Positions 1 through 11,900 of a DNA stretch of 64,000 nt are shown one piece after another (position 1 is the first letter of the stretch; each line of letters starts with the position of its first letter). This DNA comes from Laetmonice hystrix (Eukaryota): contig OZ249436.1 of assembly GCA_965235115.1 (NCBI GenBank), positions 37,698,001 to 37,762,000 of the forward strand, read 5' to 3'. Both the position numbers and the translations under genes were made by a program. The notes under the pieces are model-generated. The model was not told where the DNA came from, ran no database searches, and saw nothing but the letters and a program-made list of their open reading frames with translations.

Positions 1-788
1 TGTGTGTTGCCAACTATTCGAGGAGATTTTCAAAGTATAGTTCCAGGCCTGCCTCTGTGATAAAGAGTTATTACAATACAGCTGCACTCAACAGGGTGCA
101 GGTGAATCGAACTCATATCAGTTGGCTTCTATATCGTGACAGGTATAAACTGCCATCGGCGGGGTTTAGATATAATGTATAGAAAATAAAATAAATAAGA
201 TACATGTGTCTATGATGACCGTCTATGAAAACCGCCTTCCTGTATTTCCATCTATAGATAAAAACAAACACATCACATTAGTCTACATTGGGAGACTACT
301 TTTTGAAGAAATGTCTATGGTGGCTTGGAGGTGAGTTAATAGTTGTTGGAAAGACTAATCATGACCTAAGGATGGTATTCTTCACAAACGGGGGGTGGGT
401 GAGTGAAAGAGGGATGGAAAAAATTAAAAAGACATAAAATCTTTAAACAAGTATAGCTCATTTATTTAATTGAGGGAGGCCGGGAAAGGCTCAAACCTCC
501 AAATCCCAATATCTGGTCCTTTAAGTAGTGTGTGTGTGGGGGGGGGGCATTAATAGCCTATCAGTATTTGCGAGACAACACGTAGTATGTCGTTATTACG
601 ACTTAGTAGTAGAACAAATTAATTTAATTTAATTAATTAATTAATTAAATTTCATCGGCCGACTCGTGAATCAGCCGAAAAAAGTTTGACATGACGTCAA
701 GCTTTTCTGTTCGGCCGACTTTTCCCAGCGATTGAGAAAAATCGGCCGACTCTGAAATAATAGCACATGCAGTGGGAACGCGGCTTAA

Positions 789-1360
789 AGGGAAATGTGA
801 GTGTTCAAAGCGCCACCTAGTGAGTCGCGTTGGTACCACACGGGAAATATGAGTATTCAAAGCGCCGCGTAGTGAGCTTTAACAGAAAAATGTTTGGCTT
901 ATTTATGCAGTCAACTAGTTTGATGTGGAAATCAGTAGTATTTTTTAAATGATGAACCAAACTGTGTGCCAGAACCTGTCTACTCCATTGAATGCTACAG
1001 TTAAGACCCGTGTTTTACCAAGGCACTGACTGTTTGGCAGGCTGTAACTTTCTTTTTGATTCGGTGACCCCCAATTTATTTTGTTTTAAACTATTAGTCC
1101 TGATCCACTTTATCTTGTGACCGAGTTTCAGGAGAAAATTGGTGGTCATTTTTTAACTATTAGTCAAAATGTCTGAAAAATCCTGTTTTTCCTATTGAAA
1201 CCTATAGTAAAGACCCATTTTTTACGGAGGCCTGTATAAAAAAATCTAATTCGGTGACATATGATTTTTTTTGTTTCTTTGTATTCCTAAGGACAAAGGC
1301 TATCCCCCATAAAAATATTTTGAAAATTCTAGTGGTCGATTCGAACACTCACATTTCCCT
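789..1360. mobile_element. Non-autonomous DNA transposon, Kolobok-like (TTAA TSD, AG termini)
   Basis: Terminal inverted repeats AGGGAAATGTGAGTGTTC / GAACACTCACATTTCCCT, flanked by TTAA at 785-788 and 1361-1364. No transposase ORF. Superfamily inferred from TSD and termini only. Confidence 0.8.
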
Positions 1361-1683
1361 TTAAGTGCAACTTGTTCTTTGCCGCGATTTTTACTGACAT
1401 GATTCAACGTCACACTGCTATTTTGGTAACTTGTCTCGCGCGCGAGATGCAGTCACATGGAAATGTTTCCAGGCGCCTGCGTGCGGAAACGCGTAGGCCT
1501 ACATGGAGTACCATACACAAAATTTCGGTAATAAGGACTTATTTTTGCCCTTACTCTATTCAAATTGCAATTAACATCAGGCTATTTGGTGTTTATACTA
1601 ACTAGCATCTAAATTAGTAAGCTTTTATCAATATGGGCCCGGGTCGTCACCTAATGAAATAGATGCTGTCTCAACGATTTACC

Positions 1684-2058
1684 CACGCTCACATTCGCGC
1701 CCATTGCTGAAATAAACACTCACAGATCCTGCACGGAGCCTGGGTAAGCCGCAGGGGACCAGGCACAGCTTGCCGAACTATGGGCCTATTTCTTTTGAGA
1801 AGCTATCTGGCAGATTTCCCCGTGCCTAACCGGTGGTTAATAGAAATACAAACACCCAGCGTAAGTTTAAATAAAGAAATATCACCGCTTGATACCCCTC
1901 TTCGATAGGCCTAGGCCTACTATTATGTCACTGGCGTAGTAAGCTAACGAGTGAGGTGGCGCGCATGTTCCTATTTGGGCCGTGAGTGATTATGTAATCT
2001 GTGAGAGTGCTTTCCCCGAACGACCGAAGATTGCCGAAAGGACTCGAGTGTGAGAATG
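1684..2058. mobile_element. Non-autonomous TIR element with 9-bp TSD (Mutator/MULE-like), copy 1
   Basis: Imperfect TIRs CACGCTCACATTCGCGCCC / GGACTCGAGTGTGAGAATG. TSD CGATTTACC at 1675-1683 and 2059-2067. Homologous copy at 23471-23871. Confidence 0.85.
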
Positions 2059-2770
2059 CGATTTACCAATGCCATGTGAAGGGACTAGACTTGTAGAAAA
2101 TGCATGTTTCTACTTGCGTCGGAAATGACATGCAAATAAAATGTATGAACATGTAGGGGCTTACGTTTAAAAGAAAACACCTAAAAGGCCTAGGCCTTCA
2201 TATTACTTCATCCACGTGGGCTTCGGAAACTACGTTTTGGTTGAAGTAGGGGAGGGGGATATCCTAGGGGTTATTGTCACATATAGCCGTTGTCCGGCGT
2301 AAGAATGTTCGGGGTCTGTCCTCTAACCGCTGTAGGCCTACGCCTACAATGTCATGTATGATATGGACACATTGTATGCCCTCCAGAATTACTCAAAACA
2401 TATTCTAATATTGATTGTAAACATTCCAATTTCCCAAATCCCCAAACAGATAATGACATATAGGGGGGATCATAATGACATATATACTGCCCTATTTATT
2501 AGTAATATTTCATATGTGTCCGAGAGAGAAAGAAATGGCGTCCCTTTTGTTTAAAGATCAGTTTGTTTTATCCGATACGTAATGCCAGGACTGTCATTGG
2601 ACAGCGCCACCGCGTAATTCATCAGTGCTTCCAGTGCAGATACTTCAATAACCTGCTCGTTTAACCGTCGCGTGTTGTTATGCGGAGGTTCCCTTTGGAA
2701 TCACTCTGAATTAATCAGTATCCAAATGATAAGCTTCAATTGAACACAATCTGTACGTCTGCTCAGCCCG

Positions 2771-2981
2771 ATGGCCACGAAGAACACTTGGATAGAGCCT
2801 ATGGACAAGGATGAAGCAAATGATCAAGAGAATTCATCAAAGAACCATACCACTACTTCGGTGCGGAACATAGTGTCGGAATGGGCGGCGAATTCGTCCT
2901 GCAATGGCGTGCCAAATGTCCAGCGATCCCGCCACCCCTTTCGGAAGCTTTGTTGGATCGTCATAGTGCTAGCGGGAACAG
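2771..2981 (+). CDS. DEG/ENaC exon 1 (cytoplasmic N-terminus and start of TM1)
   Basis: ATG...EWAANSSCNGVPNVQRSRHPFRKLCWIVIVLAGT; donor G|GTACTG, phase 1. Confidence 0.9.
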
Positions 2982-5900
2982 GTACTGCATTTGCTGTAGA
3001 CTCTGTAGTTTGTATTTAAGGGTACGGAGGTGTTAAACATCGAATAGGGGGTATAATAATTATTTCAGTATACACATATCACCTTTCCAGTGTTATGGTT
3101 GAAAAAGGAAACGGAATAACCGGTTTAGCTTAGCTTTACTTTTTGGTCGCAAACCTTTACATTCTCTCGCTGTAGTAAAAAAATCAACACCCCTCACCCA
3201 AAAGGTCTTTTACATTCGCTAATTAAAACTTAATAGTCAGTGGTAATCTCCTTTCTGACACTCCGCGACATAATATATCGGTGCCGTTGACGGGTATAGT
3301 TGGTCATACCTCTACTATATTGCTGCAGATCTTCATGAAAATAGTAGGCATTCATTGCTGAATCAATGTGACCGTGTTTATAGTTTATTGATAAGCATAG
3401 TTACCAGCATAGACTTCTTACAGCAGCGACATTAACGAGAGGCCAAATGCACCTATAGATGGGCGCCGGTGTGGCATGCAGAATGGTCCCCGTGCAGTAT
3501 GATCCGCCAATAATAAACACAGGGACACTGAGAGACTATTATCAAATATTTGGGAGAGCCATACAATAGGAGACTATTATGTAAGGGTACTAGCTAAAAT
3601 TGATGATCTTTGTCGAGAAAGATTGCTCATACATTATGACAAGCACTATCAGAAGCTTGTAATAGGAAAAAGTGGCAATATTTGGCTTGCCACATAGGAC
3701 TTAAAATTTATGAGATCCTACTGTCCTAAGGCAGGAAAAAGGTAATAAAAAATAATGATCAAGTATTATTATAGAATGTATGTAACTTGTGCGAATATAC
3801 TTTACTTTGAAGTGATCGAATATTAAATATAATCATTGACTATTTATCTGTGATCCTTTTTTATGTTCCACATCAAACTATGTACACTACTAAGCTACGC
3901 AAATACGAACTGTACCTTAAACATCACTTAAAATACTCATATTTATGCACAGAAACCCAAATAAACATCCTGATTTATCATATTCGTAGATAAAGCGACC
4001 CTTGTTACTGATAAGGGGACCAAACTGCACGGCAGGGGACCGTTTTGCATAATGCAATTAGCTCTGCTAGGACCATTTTGTACGGGGGACCAGATTGCAT
4101 CTGACACCGGAACTCGGAGGGAGGGGGCAAGGTGTCCCCACCCCCAAATGCACACGGTAACACACACTGTTAAATCTTCCGGTGCCTAACCCTTTGGGAC
4201 ATCAGAGAAACATCAGCTTTGGCCCCCCCCCCCCCCCCCGCCCTAACACTGCAATAGTGAATATTTTCGGACGCCCATGAAAGATGTCGGTCCCAAAAGA
4301 GAGTACAATGTACATGTATTAATTCATTAACATCATCGTCATCATCACCAGCATGGCTGCTGCCCCTTGGTACCAGGGAATGTCAGGTCATAGTCAAACG
4401 TAAAACTTATGCATTTACATGTTTCTTTTTCCTCCTGCAGGCCTGACCATCCTACAGGTTATCTATACGTTTCGGAAGTATTACTCGTATCCGGTGACCG
4501 TGGCTGTCATGGTGAACTTTTCCAGCAGTTTAGTTTTCCCAGCTGTCACGTTGTGTAACGTCAACATCGTAAGGTACGGTGCCCGGTTATGTTTCCTGAA
4601 AATGATCGGTTTCGTGCATTGGCGATTTCCCCTTGTGAATTGGTTAGCATTGGTTGTAAGTTGGATTTTTGAACCATGGCGGCCGAATTGTTGGACATAC
4701 CTAACAATACTATAGCTCTGGCCCAGAGATTTCAAGAAACGTCCCTAAGCACCTACCCTCTATTTTAACTTACGAAGATTCGAGATTCGGGCAGAGATCT
4801 TCCACATGGAGTCGCCACAAATGACTGCTTTGTTGAAGAATCAAGATATAAAATGTTGTAGGAGAAAATTAATGTGGTCGTCGTTACAAGCAGAGTGTGT
4901 GCTATGTGTTTGTATATGCTTTCTATTTGTATTATTTAAGAAAATCCCAACTTTCGCAACTCGGTCGGGCATTTGATCACCTACTCCCCGTTTCGTCACT
5001 ACGCACTAATGGAAGTATTCTGGTACGTGTACCGAATGAAGGTAACCAAATGACCTAGTACAGGGGTGCCCAATCTTTATTTCTCGAGATTCAATCTACA
5101 ATGTACTTAGATCAGACTTTGGAGAGATATCACTCTGGCGGAGTCCTGAAAAAAAAGCTAGTAGTCCTTTCAGAATTATTCAGCTCCACTTATTCAGCGA
5201 TCGACTTTTACCACTTCCGTATTGATAGTTGGTTGTTGGAGATCGACTGGTTGGCCACCTCTGCCTGGGTAAAAACTGCAGAGTTTAGTCGCAACTAAAA
5301 TGTAAATATTCGGTTCTCAATATGATATCACAAGAAACGACAATGAATATCATCTCTTGCCCCCTGTTGTATAGTCCATGCGTTTCGACAGTAACCGTTT
5401 TCTTGCAACATTTGCCATGTTTAATTGACAGGGCATACTTGGTGTCCCACTGAAGGTGAGTTTGAAATGTTGATTTGTTTTACCCGGCTGTCTCAGAGGC
5501 TTCCGTTCTGTGGCTCTCTCGACATAATCGTTTTTGGACCCGTCTGCTCGCCCTAGTGGTATTTCAACAACCTTGGGCAATACAGGCTCAGTCACATGTC
5601 CTTTTCTTCCAGTTTACTTGCAGTTCTTCACTTTCAAAAACTGTGCAATCCACTATCAATCCTGTTATCCGATATACTGTTTATCGTTTTTTTTCTTCAC
5701 TCAAGGTCGAATTCATATCATGTTGGAGAACCAACCTGAATAAAATATGTTTTCGATTTTTCCGTTGGTGAATAGAACTGCCTAGTCCTCTGGTGATCGG
5801 TTGGCGCTGATGTCAAGGTAGACCGGGTCAGCTATTAACCACCAGAATGACAGTGTCTATATGAACACTTTGCCTGGTGGCTTGTGATGTTGACCCAGCC

Positions 5901-8900
5901 GTGGCCCGTCATTACACTCCTGTTCCATTGACACTAACATTGCATTAGCTGAAGATTTATTATTAATTCTCTGTTTGAAGTCCAATCTCATTCACTATAT
6001 ACGTACGCTCCTCTGATAGCAGGATTTGGACTACCGTCCATTATTGGATGTTTGTTTTTACAAGCTCAAATATATTCCGAAACAGCAAACTACGATGTTA
6101 ATATCGAGTCTTCTGTTAAGTATGTTCCTGCTTGAAGGCAAACACACAGGACAATCTAATTAAAATTAGATCTCAGTTATTTTGCGCTTATGCGCTCCAC
6201 ACTATGATGGAGAGTAGACAGCACTGGCACAGCCGAGAGGGACGCGGAATACCAAGATCTAATATTAATTAGATTAACACACAGGGATGCCTACAGGATT
6301 TGAGATATAGGTATACACTCCACCCAGAATTGAGTATTCTAGTCTGCCCAGGATCAGCTGGGGATTTTTAAAAATTTTATTTATTTTTGTTTTGATGGTA
6401 AGTACTTGCGTACCGTGCGTCTAGGCTACAGGTGCCCATGGACACTGATAGGAAGGATCAGTAGAAAACATATTGCTGGAAGCCATGGTCTCCTCTGTCA
6501 TTGGTGGGTGTACTGTGAGCGATGGAAGCCATTGTCTCCGCTGTCATTGGTGGGTGTACTGTGAGCGGTGGAAGCCATGGCCTCCGCTGTCATTGGTGGG
6601 TGTACTGTGAGCGGTGTAAGCCATGGTCTCCGCTGTCATTGGTGGGTGTACTGTGAGCGATGGAAGCCATGGTCTCCGCTGTCATTGGTGGGTGTACTGT
6701 GAGCGGTGGAAGCCATGGTCTCCGCTGTCATTGGTGGGTGTACTGTGAGCGGTGGAAGCCATGGTCTCCGCTGTCATTGGTGGGTGTACTGTGAGCGATG
6801 GAAGCCATGGTCTCCGCTGTCATTGGTGGGTGTACTGTGAGCGATGGAAGCCATGGTCTCCGCTGTCATTGGTGTACTGTGAGCGGTGGAAGCCATTGTC
6901 TCCGCTGTCATTGGTGGGTGTACTGTGAGCGGTGGAAGCCATTGTCTCCGCTGTCATTGGTGGGTGTACTGTGAGCGGTGGAAGCCATGGTCTCCGCTGT
7001 CATTGGTGGGTGTACTGTGAGCGGTGGAAGCCATGGCCTCCGCTGTCATTGGTGTACTGTGAGCGGTGGAAGCCATGGTCTCCGCTGTCATTGGTGGGTG
7101 TACTGTGAGCGGTGGAAGCCATGGTCTCCGCTGTCATGGGTGTACTGTGAGCGGTGGAAGCCATGGTCTCCGCTGTCATTGGTGGGTGTACTGTGAGCGG
7201 TGGAAGCCATGGTCTCCGCTGTCATGGGTGTACTGTGAGCGGTGGAAGCCATGGTCTCCGCTGTCATTGGTGTACTGTGAGCGGTGGAAGCCATGGTCTC
7301 CGCTGTCATTGGTGGGTGTACTGTGAGCGGTGGAAGCCATGGTCTCCGCTGTCATGGGTGTACTGTGAGCGGTGGAAGCCATTGTCTCCGCTGTCATTGG
7401 TGGGTGTACTGTGAGCGGTGGGAGCCATGGTCTCCGCTGTCATTGGTGGGTGTACTGTGAGCGGTGGAAGCCATTGTCTCCGCTGTCATTGGTGGGTGTA
7501 CTGTGAGCGATGGAAGCCATGGTCTCCGCTGTCATTGGTGGGTGTACTGTGAGCGGTGTAAGCCATTGTCTCCGCTGTCATTGGTGGGTGTACTGTGAGC
7601 GGTGGAAGCCATGGTCTCCGCTGTCATTGGTGGGTGTACTGTGAGCGGTGGAAGCCATGGTCTCCGCTGTCATTGGTGGGTGTACTGTGAGCGATGAAAG
7701 CCATGGTCTCCGCTGTCATTGGTGGGTGTACTGTGAGCGGTGGAAGCCATGGTCTCCGCTGTCATGGGTGTACTGTGAGCGGTGGAAGCCATGGTCTCCG
7801 CTGTCATTGGTGTACTGTGAGCGGTGGAAGCCATGGTCTCCGCTGTCATTGGTGGGTGTACTGTGAGCGGTGGAAGCCATGGTCTCCGCTGTCATGGGTG
7901 TACTGTGAGCGGTGGAAGCCATTGTCTCCGCTGTCATTGGTGGGTGTACTGTGAGCGGTGGGAGCCATGGTCTCCGCTGTCATTGGTGGGTGTACTGTGA
8001 GCGGTGGAAGCCATTGTCTCCGCTGTCATTGGTGGGTGTACTGTGAGCGATGGAAGCCATGGTCTCCGCTGTCATTGGTGGGTGTACTGTGAGCGGTGTA
8101 AGCCATGGTCTCCGCTGTCATTGGTGGGTGTACTGTGAGCGATGGAAGCCATGGTCTCCGCTGTCATTGGTGTACCGTGAGCGGTGGAAGCCATTGTCTC
8201 CGCTGTCATTGGTGGGTGTACTGTGAGCGGTGGAAGCCATGGTCTCCGCTGTCATTGGTGGGTGTACTGTGAGCGGTGGAAGCCATGGTCTCCGCTGTCA
8301 TTGGTGGGTGTACTGTGAGCGATGAAAGCCATGGTCTCCGCTGTCATTGGTGGGTGTACTGTGAGCGGTGGAAGCCATGGTCTCCGCTGTCATTGGTGGG
8401 TGTACTGTGAGCGGTGGAAGCCATGGTCTCCGCTGTCATTGGTGGGTGTACTGTGAGCGGTGGAAGCCATGGTCTCCGCTGTCATTGGTGGGTGTACTGT
8501 GAGCGGTGGAAGCCATGGTCTCCGCTGTCATTGGTGGGTGTACTGTGAGCGGTGGAAGCCATGGTCTCCGCTGTCATTGGTGGGTGTACTGTGAGCGGTG
8601 GAAGCCATGGTCTCCGCTGTCATTGGTGGGTGTACTGTGAGCGGTGTAAGCCATGGTCTCCGCTGTCATTGGTGGGTGTACTGTGAGCGGTGGAAGCCAT
8701 GGTCTCCGCTGTCATTGGTGGGTGTACTGTGAGCGGTGGAAGCCATGGTCTCTGCTGTCATTGGTGGGTGTACTGTGAGCGGTGGAAGCCATTGTCTCCG
8801 CTGTCATTGGTGGGTGTACTGTGAGCGGTGGAAGCCATGGTCTCCGCTGTCATTGGTGTACTGTGAGCGATGGAAGCCATTGTCTCCGCTGTCATTGGTG

Positions 8901-11900
8901 GGTGTACTGTGAGCGGTGGAAGCCATGGTCTCCGCTGTCATTGGTGGGTGTACTGTGAGCGGTGGAAGCCATGGTCTCCGCTGTCATTGGTGTACTGTGA
9001 GCGGTGGAAGCCATGGCCTCCGCTGTCATTGGTGGGTGTACTGTAAGCGATGGAAGCCATTGTCTCCGCTGTCATTGGTGGGTGTACTGTGAGCGGTGGA
9101 AGCCATGGTCTCCGCTGTCATTGGTGTACTGTGAGCGGTGGAAGCCATGGTCTCCGCTGTCATCGGTGTACTGTGAGCGGTGGAAGCCATGGTCTCCGCT
9201 GTCATTGGTGGGTGTACTGTGAGCGGTGGAAGCCATGGTCTCCGCTGTCATTGGTGTACTGTGAGCGGTGGAAGCCATGGTCTCCGCTGTCATTGGTGTA
9301 CTGTGAGCGGTGGAAGCCATGGTCTCCGCTGTCATTGGTGGGTGTACTGTGAGCGATGAAAGCCATGGTCTCCGCTGTCATTGGTGGGTGTACTGTGAGC
9401 GGTGGAAGCCATGGTCTCCGCTGTCATTGGTGTACCGTGAGCGGTGGAAGCCATTGTCTCCGCTGTCATTGGTGGGTGTACTGTGAGCGGTGGAAGCCAT
9501 GGTCTCCGCTGTCATTGGTGGGTGTACTGTGAGCGGTGGAAGCCATGGTCTCCGCTGTCATTGGTGGGTGTACTGTGAGCGGTGGAAGCCATGGTCTCCG
9601 CTGTCATTGGTGGGTGTACTGTGAGCGGTGTAAGCCATGGTCTCCGCTGTCATTGGTGGGTGTACTGTGAGCGGTGGAAGCCATGGTCTCCGCTGTCATT
9701 GGTGGGTGTACTGTGAGCGGTGGAAGCCATGGTCTCCGCTGTCATTGGTGGGTGTACTGTGAGCGGTGGAAGCCATTGTCTCCGCTGTCATTGGTGGGTG
9801 TACTGTGAGCGGTGGAAGCCATGGTCTCCGCTGTCATTGGTGTACTGTGAGCGATGGAAGCCATTGTCTCCGCTGTCATTGGTGGGTGTACTGTGAGCGG
9901 TGGAAGCCATGGTCTCCGCTGTCATTGGTGGGTGTACTGTGAGCGGTGGAAGCCATGGTCTCCGCTGTCATTGGTGGGTGTACTGTGAGCGGTGGAAGCC
10001 ATGGTCTCCGCTGTCATTGGTGTACTGTGAGCGGTGGAAGCCATGGTCTCCGCTGTCATCGGTGTACTGTGAGCGGTGGAAGCCATGGTCTCCGCTGTCA
10101 TTGGTGGGTGTACTGTGAGCGGTGGAAGCCATGGTCTCCGCTGTCATTGGTGTACTGTGAGCGGTGGAAGCCATGGTCTCCGCTGTCATTGGTGTACTGT
10201 GAGCGGTGGAAGCCATGGTCTCCGCTGTCATTGGTGGGTGTACTGTGAGCGATGAAAGCCATGGTCTCCGCTGTCATTGGTGGGTGTACTGTGAGCGGTG
10301 GAAGCCATGGTCTCCGCTGTCATTGGTGTACCGTGAGCGGTGGAAGCCATTGTCTCCGCTGTCATTGGTGGGTGTACTGTGAGCGGTGGAAGCCATGGTC
10401 TCCGCTGTCATTGGTGGGTGTACTGTGAGCGGTGGAAGCCATGGTCTCCGCTGTCATTGGTGGGTGTACTGTGAGCGATGAAAGCCATGGTCTCCGCTGT
10501 CATTGGTGGGTGTACTGTGAGCGGTGGAAGCCATGGTCTCCGCTGTCATTGGTGGGTGTACTGTGAGCGGTGGAAGCCATGGTCTCCGCTGTCATTGGTG
10601 GGTGTACTGTGAGCGGTGGAAGCCATGGTCTCCGCTGTCATTGGTGGGTGTACTGTGAGCGGTGGAAGCCATGGTCTCCGCTGTCATTGGTGGGTGTACT
10701 GTGAGCGGTGGAAGCCATGGTCTCCGCTGTCATTGGTGGGTGTACTGTGAGCGGTGGAAGCCATGGTCTCCGCTGTCATTGGTGGGTGTACTGTGAGCGG
10801 TGTAAGCCATGGTCTCCGCTGTCATTGGTGGGTGTACTGTGAGCGGTGGAAGCCATGGTCTCCGCTGTCATTGGTGGGTGTACTGTGAGCGGTGGAAGCC
10901 ATGGTCTCCGCTGTCATTGGTGGGTGTACTGTGAGCGGTGGAAGCCATTGTCTCCGCTGTCATTGGTGGGTGTACTGTGAGCGGTGGAAGCCATGGTCTC
11001 CGCTGTCATTGGTGTACTGTGAGCGATGGAAGCCATTGTCTCCGCTGTCATTGGTGGGTGTACTGTGAGCGGTGGAAGCCATGGTCTCCGCTGTCATTGG
11101 TGGGTGTACTGTGAGCGGTGGAAGCCATGGTCTCCGCTGTCATTGGTGTACTGTGAGCGGTGGAAGCCATGGCCTCCGCTGTCATTGGTGGGTGTACTGT
11201 AAGCGATGGAAGCCATTGTCTCCGCTGTCATTGGTGGGTGTACTGTGAGCGGTGGAAGCCATGGTCTCCGCTGTCATTGGTGTACTGTGAGCGGTGGAAG
11301 CCATGGTCTCCGCTGTCATCGGTGTACTGTGAGCGGTGGAAGCCATGGTCTCCGCTGTCATTGGTGGGTGTACTGTGAGCGGTGGAAGCCATGGTCTCCG
11401 CTGTCATTGGTGTACTGTGAGCGGTGGAAGCCATGGTCTCCGCTGTCATTGGTGGGTGTACTGTGAGCGGTGGAAGCCATTGTCTCCGCTGTCATTGGTG
11501 GGTGTACTGTGAGCGGTGGAAGCCATGGTCTCCGCTGTCATTGGTGTACTGTGAGCGATGGAAGCCATTGTCTCCGCTGTCATTGGTGGGTGTACTGTGA
11601 GCGGTGGAAGCCATGGTCTCCGCTGTCATTGGTGGGTGTACTGTGAGCGGTGGAAGCCATGGTCTCCGCTGTCATTGGTGTACTGTGAGCGGTGGAAGCC
11701 ATGGCCTCCGCTGTCATTGGTGGGTGTACTGTAAGCGATGGAAGCCATTGTCTCCGCTGTCATTGGTGGGTGTACTGTGAGCGGTGGAAGCCATGGTCTC
11801 CGCTGTCATTGGTGTACTGTGAGCGGTGGAAGCCATGGTCTCCGCTGTCATCGGTGTACTGTGAGCGGTGGAAGCCATGGTCTCCGCTGTCATTGGTGGG

